This document shows positions 1 to 11,676 of a stretch of DNA of 32,000 nucleotides, in pieces. Both the position numbers and the translations under genes were made by a program. Within the stretch, counting starts at the first letter, position 1; the number at the start of each line of letters is the position of its first letter. The DNA is from Wallemia ichthyophaga EXF-994 (Eukaryota > Fungi > Basidiomycota), in contig NW_008806274.1 in the NCBI RefSeq assembly GCF_000400465.1, positions 750,244 through 782,243 of the forward strand, written 5' to 3'. The notes below the pieces were generated by a model. That model had not been told where the DNA came from, did not search any database, and was given only the letters and a program-made list of their open reading frames with translations.

Positions 1-74
1 ATTTATAGCAACGATCCACCCACCACTCTTTCCCATCAGCAGCACTTTCTTCATCTTCTTCATCTTCACCGTCG

Positions 75-3000
75 ATGAACAACGACGACAACAGCGACTA
101 CTGGGCGTATATCGCAGGCATAAGAGATCTGGGCGTGGGCGGGAGCACATCCACTCACCCGACCCAACACATCACCCAGAGCAGCACCAGTAAACAAGAT
201 AACTCTGAAAGCGATGCTTCTGGTGAAGATGACGTTGAATTGGATTTGGATTTAGATTTAGATTATACGCGTGTGACCCAGCAGCCAGCTCACTTGGCTC
301 ATCCACATCATCCACCCACCCAAATGAGCCACAACGACGTAGAATCGCGCAACCAGCGTGAAAGTCGCATCAGAAGCGATCTCACCACCGCCAGTGCCTC
401 TTACATAAACGAAACGCTCAACCAGCGCACCAAACGCGACAAACAGGGCTCGAATCCGAAACGCGATGCAGGTAGTTCGGGCGACGCGGATAACGGAGTT
501 GATAACGCAGGTAACAACAGAAATACTAGCACAAACAGTGGACACAGTCTACGCTGTGCTTATTGCTTGGGCGACTACGCGTATAATAACAAGACGCAGA
601 GACAAGAAGCTATGGTGACATGTGCACGCTGTGCGAGTAGTGGTGGGTAGCACCGTAGTTGATATCACCCGATTTCTAACAACCCCCAAAAACAGCTCAC
701 CCTACCTGTTTGCACTTCACACCTACCCTCACACAAAACGCTCAGGCATACGACTGGTGTTGCGTCGATTGCAAAGGGTGCGAGGTTTGCAGACATAAAG
801 GAAACGAGGATGATATCATCTTCTGCGACTTATGCGATCGTGGTTGGCACATGCATTGCTTGAGTCCTGCCATCACTCAACCCCCACCGGGTGATTTTGC
901 CTGTCCTGTGTGTAGAGGTGTGTCTTATCAGCAGCGGGTTGAGGAAGAGGAAGATAAAAGGAGAGAGGAAGAGAAGGAGAAGGATAAAGAGAAAGAGACA
1001 TTGATAGCACAGTCTACTTCCCCTACAAACACCAATCACACAACGAAACATACCACTACAAACCCAAGTCTCCCACACCACACCTCACAATCACCTCTAG
1101 CTCTACAACTCCAAATGCAGCTGCAGAATCCAACGCTCGCCCCAACTTTCCAACCTCCGCCGCCAATGCACGACAACCAACCAACACCGCGACAATCAGC
1201 AACCATCCTCAACGCTAGTAAAGCAATGCTGATGGGAAGACAGACACTGCCGCACTCACTTCTCCCTCAAACGCCCGATTTAAGCACTGTGGTTCCCACT
1301 GAGACACCACTCAAAAGAGGCAGAGGTAGACCACCAAAGAAAGTGCAGGATGGCCCATTAGGTACTCCTCACTTATTCAAGGATAAGCCTGATAAACCTA
1401 AAAATCCGGTTGGGAGGCCACCAGGACCGAGAGCGTCACTAAGTGCTCCCAAGAGAATAAACACTTTTGTCGTTATCGATAATGATGAAGATAAGCTTGT
1501 GGAGAAGGAAAAGAAAGAGAGGGATGAGAGAGAGGAGAAGGAGAAGGAGGAGAAAATTGATATGGGAAAAAAGAAACATGCTGAGAATATGCAGGTGGAT
1601 GGCCAACCACATAAGCAAGAACATCGACAATCACCTTATCCAGAGACTCGGGACGACTCAGGGCAGCAGCCGATGGAGGGTGTGGATACTGCTGAGAGTG
1701 CTGCTCCATCTGCACCTGTTGAACAGTCTTATAGGGAAATGCAGCAACTCCAGCAAATCTCCCAAAAAACCCTCCAACAACCTCCTCATCCACACCATAT
1801 TAACAGTGAAGACAAGGAGAATGAGCACGACACAGAGGATAATGACCCATTTGGTGGTGTGCTCAAACCCGATGAAGCCCAAGTGCTACATACGACCCCA
1901 CATGCGGAAGAGAAGAACAAATTTGAAATTACACGCAGAAGAGCTGAGGTAGGTTTCCAGTTTGCTTTAGCTTTCCCTTACATCCCGACTAACAACCACC
2001 AATTAGATCGAACTGCAGCAGAAAGCAAAACGACCAGCCCAAGTACTACAAACAGTGCCATCAACCTCACACACGGACGAGCACAAGTCAAAATCGCAGC
2101 CCATCAAATCGCTCCTCTTTGGCGACTACGAGATACAAACTTGGTACGCCGCTCCGTATCCTGAAGAATACACCAATCTACCCAACGGCAGAATGTATCT
2201 GTGCGAGTGGTGCTTGAGTTATCGTAAATCTGAATTTCAAATGAAGAGGCACCATCGCAAGTGCAAATACCACTCTCCACCAGGCGATGAAATATACCGG
2301 AGTGGAAATGTAAAGATATTTGAAGTTGATGGTCGCAAGAATAGAATATACTGTCAGAATCTCTGTCTCCTCGCAAAGATGTTCCTTGATCACAAGACGC
2401 TTTATTACGACGTAGAGCCTTTCCTCTTCTACGTAATCACTCAGCATACACCGCTAGGGGAGGAATTTGTTGGATATTTCAGCAAAGAGAAACGCTCGGG
2501 TATGGGATACAACCTAAGTTGCATCATGACGCTCCCTATTCGACAAAGGAAGGGATGGGGCATGTTTGCGATAGATTTCAGCTATCTGTTATCGCGCAAG
2601 GAGGACAAGATCGGTACACCCGAACGACCACTGTCGAAACTTGGTTTGCTGTCGTATAAGAGATACTGGACGACGGCTATTTACAAGGCTTTGCTTAATA
2701 CACCCGAACCACACACTCTAGGACAATTGAGTGATGTTACAGGAATGACAATTCCAGATGTTACTTACACCCTCCGACTCAATCATCTCATTCATGGCGT
2801 CAACACGGGCGATGGGGAAAATCACTACGTCAACGAATCTAACACTTACAGAACTCGAACGAATAAGCCAGTGCTTGAGGAACACCCAGAAAGAGTGAAG
2901 AATGACGACCCTACTAGTGTGCCAGTACCGCCACCAAATAGTTACAGAATTAGCTTTAATAGAAATACACTGGAAGCTTACCTAGCAAAAGATGCTATAA

Positions 3001-3239
3001 AGGGTTATGTTAGACTTGATAAGGATCAGCTGAGGTGGCAGCCATTCATTACTCATCATACACAATTGTTCAAATCTGATGACAAGGAGAAGAAGGTTGA
3101 TGAGGAAGGGAAAAAGGAGAGTAGTGATAATGTAGAACAGCGTATAGCGCAACAAACAGACCAGCAAATAGAAGAGCATAATGACGAACCATCTTCACAG
3201 CAGACACAACCCCCACAAGATACCCCAATGACATGCTAA
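75..3239 (+). CDS. MYST-family histone acetyltransferase with N-terminal double PHD finger and AT-hook(s) (MOZ/Sas3-like), ~1017 aa
   Basis: Exons 75-642, 696-1948, 2007-3239; introns GTGGGT..CTAAC..CAG (53 nt) and GTAGGT..CTAAC..TAG (58 nt). Splicing restores PHD1 (CAYC..CARCASSAHPTC..WCCVDC); PHD2 is CEVC..CDLCDRGWHMHC..CPVC. AT-hook KRGRGRPPKK. MYST core: WYAAPYPEEY, C2HC finger, YCQNLCLLAKMFLDHKTLYYDV, QRKGWG, GTPERPLS. The frame is open back to a TAG at 6-8 that could be a splice acceptor, so an upstream exon outside the window is possible. Confidence 0.93.
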
Positions 3240-3415
3240 GTTAATCACACTACTAATCAAGAGAGTATCAAATAAACAAATATTCTTGTACAAGTACTAC
3301 AATATTTAAACAAAGAGTGTTTTCCTTAAAAGTTGAAAAAATTGAAGAGGTTGAAGAGATAGAAGGGATTGGTAGGATAATACAGCGTGAGATTTGGTGA
3401 TAAGCGTAAGTGTCG

Positions 3416-5628
3416 TTAGTCTATAAGTTCTTCAAATCTGCCCCTCTTTCTATGGATATGTGATTCAACGCTGTCGTCGTCCATGGCACGTTTAGCAGCA
3501 GCAGTAGCTATAGCCACTGGTGACGCTCTTCCTTGATAGTTGCTAGAGCCATCCATAGCACCCGAAGCTAATATACCTTGCAACATATTAACATAATTCT
3601 CATCTGACATTCCCATTGAAGCTAATGGATTAACAGTTTCACCATCATCGCTCGTCATTGCTTGGGCAGCTAGAGTTGCAGGGTTGAAGTGAGAATGAGA
3701 ATCCTGATCTTGATGATTTGGTTGTGGTTGTGGTTGTGGTTGTGCCTGTGGTTGTGGTTGTGCAGGCTGCTCTGTTTGCTCTGGTTGCTCCGACTGACTT
3801 TGTTGATTAGGTATAACTGCTTGAGCTGTCGATTGTAAGGCTTCAGATATGGATTGGTCATTGAGTGGTGGTAAACCTAGCGCACGTGGCACTTCACATA
3901 ATTGTTGCATCGTCTTGAGATGTAATAAGTGCTTCTCTACCATACCAAATAAACCTTCTTTGGTAAATGGTTTTGGTAGAATATCATTCATTCCGTGGCT
4001 AAAGTAGTTGAGAATGTCATTTGGATTGCTATTAGAAGTCATTGATATAATTGGTGTCATTGGGTCAAATTGTCTGATAAGATTTGTCGCTGCAACTCCA
4101 TCGAGATTTGGCATGACAATATCCATCAACACTAAATCATACTTGGTGTAATTCATTTTGTTTACCGCTGACACTCCATCGTCCGCAACATCTATAGTGC
4201 ATCCGAATATTTGTAGAAACTTGGATGAAAGCTTCCTACACACTGCATCATCTTCAACTAGCAATACCCTCGGTGGTACTGTCCAATGAGCTTCAGGTTT
4301 TTGAAGACTTTGTAAGCTTATGGGGGGATCTTGGGGTTCTTGTTTAACAATCGATGTAGATGCACCGAGATTTGAAGTTTGTGCGGCTGGTTGTTGTTGA
4401 TAAACGTTGTTTTCACCGTCTCGTTGTCTGAGCTGACCCAATGTGAAGACTTTCAAACCTTGAGTTGAGGGAGTTGCAGATGTGGGGGCTGACTGAGCTG
4501 TGGATTGAGATGCTGACTGAGATGCTGATTGAGATGTTGAAGTCACTGATTGAGGCTGAGGGCCATGCACCATTGGTGGTGTGGGTTGTACTTGGGAGGA
4601 AGATCTCTTTCGTTGAGAAAACTGAGTGATTCTGCCATTCAAATCGTTTAAGAGGTTAAAGGAACTTAAAGAAGCATCTTTGTAGTTGGATATAAGTCTA
4701 TTAACGTTATCGCTGTCAAGGTAATTGTTATTACTTGAGATATTCTGTTGGATGAGGTGATGTAAGATACTTTGCATATGTTGATCCTGGTTGATAAGAG
4801 AGCGCTGAAAAGACATGATACCATTTACTACGTGATTATAATTGGATTGTAAGTTGTTCAGCTGAAAATTCGATTCCTGTTGATTTTTGGTCAAGTTTTC
4901 AATTTGTTGTTGAATGTTAGTAATCTCGTTTACAGTTGTCTGGTTTTGTAATTCTTGCGCAGCGTTTGTATTCTGTTGTTGAGCAGTTGGTTTACCTTTA
5001 CCAGTAGGAGCTTTTCTTTTGATATTTTCAAGGGAATGACGACAGTTAGCTTTGAATTCGGGATGTTTAAATTCCCAAGTCTGATCACCCCAAGGTTTCT
5101 CTTCACCTTCCTCCCTCTTTACTTTGTGAAAATCGTATTTGTTTAGTTGTCTAACGAAAGAAGCAAAGTTTGAGTGTTTGAAGTGGCGTGGAAGTATTTG
5201 TTTAGTGAACTCGTTCATTTCCTGTGTAATGTCAGATGTGAGTTTATATAACATCAGATAACACACCTTCACAACAAATGATTCACCTGAAGGGGACCAA
5301 CAAACAACAGAAGAGTACTGCGAATCTTCAAGCATCCTTGATTAAGAAATATAAGTCGTTTACTTGATAAATCTTAGTCAACCACTCACATGAACAATTT
5401 CTTTACGAAATCTGAAGGACCAGAAGAATTGTTATTCATTGGTTGAAATGAAGGTTGAATAGAATTATCACTCTGTATAACTGATTGCCATTGATCTTGT
5501 GGTTGTGCTGTGGTTGTGGGTACAGTACTAGCAGTACTAGGAATACTTCCTGAGCTCCCAGCACCACTAGAATTCCATCCGGAATTCCAATTATTTGTTG
5601 AATAATATAAATTATTATTGAATTCCAT
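3416..5628 (-). CDS. SKN7: HSF-type DNA-binding domain plus response-regulator receiver transcription factor (Skn7/Prr1 family), ~704 aa
   Basis: Exons 5628-5390, 5336-5267, 5221-3416; introns 53 and 45 nt. HSF motifs SDFVKKLF.MLED and ILPRHFKHSNFASFVRQLNKYDFHKV, followed by a coiled coil. Receiver domain RVLLVEDD..YDLVLMDIVMPNLDG..ISMTS..DILPKPF with the phospho-acceptor Asp. Confidence 0.93.
3719..3762 (-). repeat. Imperfect hexamer repeat (CAACCA/CAGGCA-type) encoding a Gln-Pro tract in SKN7
   Basis: GTTGTG reiterated on the + strand; translates as QPQPQAQPQPQPQP. Confidence 0.8.
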
Positions 5629-5727
5629 ATCCTTGACGTTTATTTGATAGGTTTGCTGATATGATTTATTTGGTTTAAATTACAAGATAATCTTTAGAAA
5701 AATTTCAACAGCAATGCATAATCCTTT

Positions 5728-6829
5728 TTATAAAGGTAATTGACTTAATAATCTCCTCTCAATCTCATAATAGTCTGCGTCTTGATCAAGTTCCATTGAT
5801 TGATATGGTTCAATGCAACTTGATCTTCTACTATTCCCCTTACCTGCTATTTGTGCATATGACCAAGGTGATGTTGATCCAACGCTTGAATTCGATTGAG
5901 GTGGTGATGAAATGGTTTTGAATGTGTTGTTTATAGTATTCATCGTATTCATAGCATTCATTTGCTGAATCCTTTCATTCTTCTCTTCTTCTCTTGTCTC
6001 CCTCCTTGTTGTTGGACTAACTGACAAGTTCAATTTCAAATCTGGGTATTGCTCCAATGACGCAGCAGCAATCGCTTTAGCGTTAGTATCATGAACATGT
6101 GCAACTGACTTTGAAGGAGGCTTTGGTGCTCTTCCTGATGATTTATCCCAGCAAGATTCACCAGAAACTACGAAAACTGGAATCTTTAGCGTCATTGCAG
6201 TCTTGATTTCATCAAAGCAGAGTGCTTTACTAGTTTCAATGCGTGTTGGCGGACGTGGACCACCTCTAGTCAAACATTTTGGTCCATTCTTGCAACTATT
6301 ACGCTCTGCCCAATTAGTGAGGCCACATTGAGCGCAAACCCAATCGCCGAACTGCGAATAATAAGCCAATAAAACACCCAACCAAATCAAATCTCACCTT
6401 CCAAAAGTAATCAATGGTAATATCATTTCTACCAATTTGTGCAAGGTGCCTGATAAGCAATGGTGATGTTTGGTGTGCCTTACTGCCGACACCGGGTAAC
6501 TTTAATTGAGCGGGTGTAAGGTGCTGAGGAATATCGCAGTAAATGGGTAAATAAGCGATGGTTGATCTATCCTTTCCAACTCCTTTAAGCTTCAAAAGAT
6601 CCTGTGTGCTTCTAACTTGCAACGATCCCAATGAAGGACCAAGCCATTGGACTAAAACTAAGACAATCTTCCTATCATCAGATCTTGCAAGTGGTGGAGC
6701 TGGTAGTCCAGAAACACTGACAGGTGGACTCAGTGGCGGTGAATTGTAATTCTGTGAAAGTGTGATATCATCTAAGCTCGTCTTTGGGTTGAGTACGCGC
6801 TCCCTGATCCTATCGTAGTAGCTGTCCAT
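5728..6829 (-). CDS. Uncharacterised protein with one RanBP2-type zinc finger (possible RNA-binding protein), ~351 aa
   Basis: Exons 6829-6398 and 6351-5728; 46-nt intron GTGAGA..GCAG joins DYFWK to FGDWVCAQCGLTNWAERNSCKNGPKC (GDW-x-C-x2-C-x3-N signature). Confidence 0.72.
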
Positions 6830-7165
6830 ATTTACAATATATTCACAGAAACTTGATCGTCCGTGTGATAGTGTTGGCTACGATGGCTGTTTGTCACCCC
6901 ATCTCCTTATCCGCCAAGACTCTTCTAGAATTTCATGAGGCTTTTATTGTTTCGTATCTCGTTTATTCATTTATTGTAAATTATATCACGCTCACGGTTA
7001 TTCCCGGGTTTATTTGAGTGTGTGAATATTTTGAGGTATACGTTATCAGCCTGTATTTCGAGATTGAGTTAACAGCTTTGTTGTACAACTCTAAACACCA
7101 CTAGACCACCAAATATCTCTCAATATCTCTCAAATTGTTATTTGTCCTTCTTCTTCTCAACGTCG

Positions 7166-9485
7166 ATGATCAAATCGATTTACTCTCGACAGCACAGCTC
7201 AACGACGCGTACGCATTCTTCTCTACACACCTCAACTCCCCACTTATCTTACTCTCAGCTCCAAATACGCCTCCTGTCCCTCAATTGAAGAAATCTATTC
7301 TCAAGGAGAACGGTACACCTGCGAAAGGCAACTCAGTTCGATTCTTTAGCAGGGATGCTAACTCTTCAACGCCTTCATTCGAAAAACCAAAAGAAAGCGA
7401 TAATCACAACCTTCCTAGTCTAGATATCATCTCTAATTCCCCAAATCCCTTTTCAAGGCCAATGCCTGCTAATCACCCAGCTTCTATACAAGATGATAGC
7501 TTGGTTGATGAACAAGTAAAGGATATCCCGCGTTCTTCCCCTCCAAAATTGGAATCTGATGGTGCAGATAGCCTCGTTGATAGTGCTGTGGACTTGGAGA
7601 GATTACGATTGCTTGAAGACGTCGTTGACGCTCTCAAGAATGAGCTCGACGTTGAGAGACAGCGTCACCAATCCGCACAAAATGAAGTTGAGCGTATCTC
7701 AAATGTATTGGATAATAATCATGTTGAAGATCAATTGAAATCAATGCAGACTTCGTATCAAACGTTGAAAGATAAGATTACTGATAAGATCAAGCATTAT
7801 GAAACGGAAATTTCTGTGTACAATACACGCATCGAGCACTTGGAATCGTCTAATCAATCACTCGAATCCACAAACAGCTCACTGAGCAACACCAATACAA
7901 CACTCGAATCTGAAAATATATCCTACAAGAATACGCTCACTGAATTACAATCAACCAGGCAAGAATTAGAAAGAGCATTAGATATCACACGTGAGGAACA
8001 CAACAGCGCGCTGACAGCGAGGGATGAAGAGCGTGCACATTCGGACTCTTTAGCGGTAAAGCTCAGTGAGCTACACAAAAAGTTGGAAGGTTTACAGAAA
8101 ATAATTGCTAATAGATCGAATGAGCAGATGCTATCGCAGTTAAAACAACTCCGAGACAATTCAATGGAGCAGTTGGCAGAAATGCACGACGAGCTAGCGA
8201 ATCAAAGAGACAAATACGAGGCACAGATTCACACACTTCAAACCCAACTAAATGAATCCCTAGACGAGCGTATCAAACAGGAGCACAAGTCTAGCACTCT
8301 CAGTCATCAAGTTGAAACTATGGAAGCTGAACTGCGTAGCGCTGATGAAGAAATGGCTAATTCCTTCAACTCTCATCAAGTAGAACTGAACGCTTTGCGC
8401 AGTCGTATTGAAGAGCTCTCAGATATGCAGCGACAACACGAAATCGAAAATCAAAATCAAGCTCCAACCATGGAGATGCAGCAAGAGATGCAACAACTCA
8501 ACATTTCGATGGAACAATTCAAGGAACATACTGCTGCTTTAGAGAAGGAGTTAAGTGATTCACAGCGGATATTGCATAACGAGAGATCGCAGTCGGAGAA
8601 TGTCTTTGAACGACTTTCTGCGCTACAGGCAGAATATGACGACTTGAGCGAGATGAACATGGAGCTTGAAAAATCGCAGATAAGGTTACAGAAAGAGATT
8701 ACGAGTTCAGGCAAATATCATGACCAGTCGCATGTCATCGAGAAACTTACAAGGGATATGGAGAGATACAAGCAGGCACACAACAACGATGAGCTTGTGA
8801 TTGACAAACTTCAAGGCGAAAACGCGAGACTTGTTGAAGATTTCGAAAATATCAAGATTGCTTTGCAGGCAAAGCAGCAAGAGGTACACTCTGTAAGTCT
8901 TCAGATGAATAGTTTAACAAAGACTAACTTGATTAGGTGCGACGGATATCAGGTGTGCAGAAATTACTAACATCCGACGACACAACCATGAACAGTTCAA
9001 GACGCACATCCAGGCGCTCATCAGGGTTTGAAGGTAAATTGCCATCGCGACCTGCGATGCTAAGACGAGAAAGTAATCCTCCCAGAGACGACAGGCCATC
9101 AGAGGTACTAAGACGGTCTGCGACTACGCCATCCACCGATGTTCCTCCCCGTCCTCCTACTTTGCAAGGTAGCAGACGGAGAAAATCAGAGGCTATGCGC
9201 ACCTTCCTGGGATCTTCCACATCCACTGTGAAGCCACTATCTAATCGTACGGGGATTCTCGAACGGTCGCCGTCGCCACCACCATCAAACACTACCCACA
9301 GCTCTATCAACGTGTCTCACGGCCAAAATCAGGACATACGTTCACCCTCGTTCATAAATGGTGTTCAGGACCAACACCACGATGCACATGCTCAACTAGA
9401 AAGAATGGCGACCTCGGAATTGAGCTTTGACAGCTCTACGCCATCACTCCCCGAGCTATCTGGACAATTATCATTTGAAGTGTAA
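7166..9485 (+). CDS. Long coiled-coil protein with Ser/Pro/Arg-rich ends, function unknown, ~741 aa
   Basis: Exons 7166-7208, 7259-8892, 8937-9485; introns GTACGC..CAG (50 nt) and GTAAGT..CTAAC..TAG (44 nt). The central ~400 aa are E/Q/L/K-rich with heptad-like periodicity. N-terminal motif KSILKENGTPAKGNSVRFFSRD. Confidence 0.8.
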
Positions 9486-9578
9486 TGTTTATAAGAAAAA
9501 TGCAAACGAGGAAGCTGCTTATTTATAATTTAAATTCATAACAACAGTTTGTATTAATAATATTACCAACTAGACTAT

Positions 9579-11500
9579 TTACTCCTTTCCAAGAGCCTTC
9601 TTGTAGCGTGAGAGTGCTCTATCACGCGCGAACTTGTGATCGACAAGTGGCTTAGGATAGTTAAGTTTTTGAAATTCGTTCTTTGAGAGGTGCTTGGATG
9701 GTTCAAAAAGAGCAGGTGGTTTGATATCTCTCAATTCAGGTAGCCAATGGTGAATGTACTCGCCACTAGGATCTGCCTTCTGCGATTGCGAGATAGGATT
9801 AAATATTCTGAAGTAGGGTTGAGCGTCTGTGCCTGTACCTGCAGACCACTGCCATCCCCCATTATTCGATCCGAGATCGTGGTCAATGAGCTCCTTTGCG
9901 AATATCCTTTCACCTTCTCTCCAGTCTAACATGAGGTCCTTGCAGAGATACGAGGCGACTGTCATTCTCATCCTGTTGTGCATCCAGCCCGTTGTTGTGA
10001 GCTGGCGCATCGCAGCATCGACTATTGGCCAGCCTGTCTTGCCTTGATGCCATGCATCGAGGTGCTCTTGGTTGTATTCCCACTCAACGAATCTGTACTG
10101 TCTCAAGAATGGGTGACCCATTGATACGCGAGGCTGTACACACAGTACCTGAGACAATTTAAAGGCGTGTCATTTTACTGCTGCAAACACTCACATTTTG
10201 ATAGAAATCTTTCCAGATGACCTCCTGTGACCACATCCCAACACCAGATTCTCTAGTAATGTCCATGTTATATCCGCTCTTCAGCTTCTGGGCTCTATTG
10301 AAACACTGTCTAACGCTGATCTGTCCAGAGGCGAGATAAGGTGAAATTTTGGAAGTCGTCTCACCAGTGGTGATGTTACGCCCATCAGCATATTGTTTGA
10401 TTCGCGAATTTCTGTCATCCTTCTCTGCACCTTCGCCTAATGGCGTCGACTCAGTCGCTTCTTCACGATTCTTGTAGTGGAGGAACCGGTCCAAGATTTC
10501 ACTGGCAGTTGTGCGCCCAACTGGCCAGAGTTCTCTCATTTTATCCTTGTCGTGACATTCAAAGCCTGCAATCTCGTCAGGTACTTGTTTTTCAAACAGT
10601 GCCTTGTAGTCTTCTTTCGCTGATATATTGTTAGCACCAATACGCTCAGTTTCATCGCGATGTGTAGGGTCCTCAAGCACGATCTTTTGCCATCCCTTGC
10701 GGAAATGTGAGTATTTGTTTGAGTTATAATATCAAACACACCTTCAAGTACGCGGTGAAAGTCATTGGAGGCTTAGAAGTAGTCTTCGTGAGTACCTTGA
10801 AAGGTGGGACGACCATGTTATCATGCTCCAGCTGCACCTCTACCTCCTGCTCATTTGCAAGATTAATAAGCTGCATGTCTCTGAACAGCTCATCGATCTC
10901 GTACTCGATATTGCCGTAAAGATGTTTAGAATTGTATTGCTTGACGAAATCGATGACTTTCTGTGGAATATGCTGACGCTGCTCTACTGTGAAGGTGTAT
11001 AGCGGTATGTTCATCTCCTCGAGCTCCTCCTTGAGACTTTTCAATTTGCGGAGCACGAAATCGATTCGTCTGCACGATCTGTCGTGCGCTTCGTAATCCT
11101 GTGGGGAGAAAACGTGTATTATGATGAGGGGAATGTTATGCTCCTTAGCGTATTCATATGCAATTGTCAGTCCACGGGAGTCAACTATTCTCAAATCATG
11201 CATACGCATCCAGAACACGACACTCTTTTCATCATCACTGTGAGCTTGCTTTGTGCGTTCTTGTATAGCTTTATTCAGACGTAATACCGGTGGATTCTCA
11301 TCTATCCTGTCCGCTTTCGCTATCGAGCAGGCCTTGACGCGACCATATGACGGATACCCACCGAGGTTCTCTTCTTTCTTGATCTTTTCCTGCGTTTGCT
11401 TCTTGTTCTCGTGGAGGTGAGGGCTAGGTGAGCGTGTGGCTGCTCGCTTTACGCCTGCTTCCTGTATTGGCGACGACGGCTCTTTCTTTAGATTTCCCAT
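9579..11500 (-). CDS. PHR1: Deoxyribodipyrimidine (class I CPD) photolyase, ~609 aa
   Basis: Exons 11500-10742, 10695-10195, 10148-9579; two 46-nt introns. Motifs FWMRMHDLRIVD, TSKISPYLASG, EVIWKDFY, GKTGWPIVDAAMRQL..TGWMHNRMRM.VASYL.KDL..DWREGE, NNGGWQWSAGTGTDAQPYFRIFNP. The Trp-triad positions are present. Confidence 0.95.
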
Positions 11501-11593
11501 TGTCGGTTTAGCGTTGCGTATTAATGAGCGAAGAATACTGGAGTTACTGAAGAGAGCGGACGCGTTTCAGGACATTCTTGGAGCAAGGTTCAG

Positions 11594-11601
11594 TGACGTC
11601 A
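11594..11601. promoter_or_regulatory. Perfect CRE/ATF palindrome TGACGTCA upstream of the photolyase
   Basis: Exact match ~95 nt upstream of the ATG at 11500; function is inferred only. Confidence 0.35.
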
Positions 11602-11676
11602 ACTGAAGCCGAAAATATTAGCAATCACGATACAAAAATAAATCAAAAAAAAGTCATAAAAATAGCAAAATAGATC

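Noticed and set aside
7036-7075. Possible 40-nt 5'UTR intron (GTATAC..TTAACAG) upstream of the coiled-coil gene
   Set aside because: Shorter than every other intron modelled, with a poor donor; cannot be supported without RNA data.
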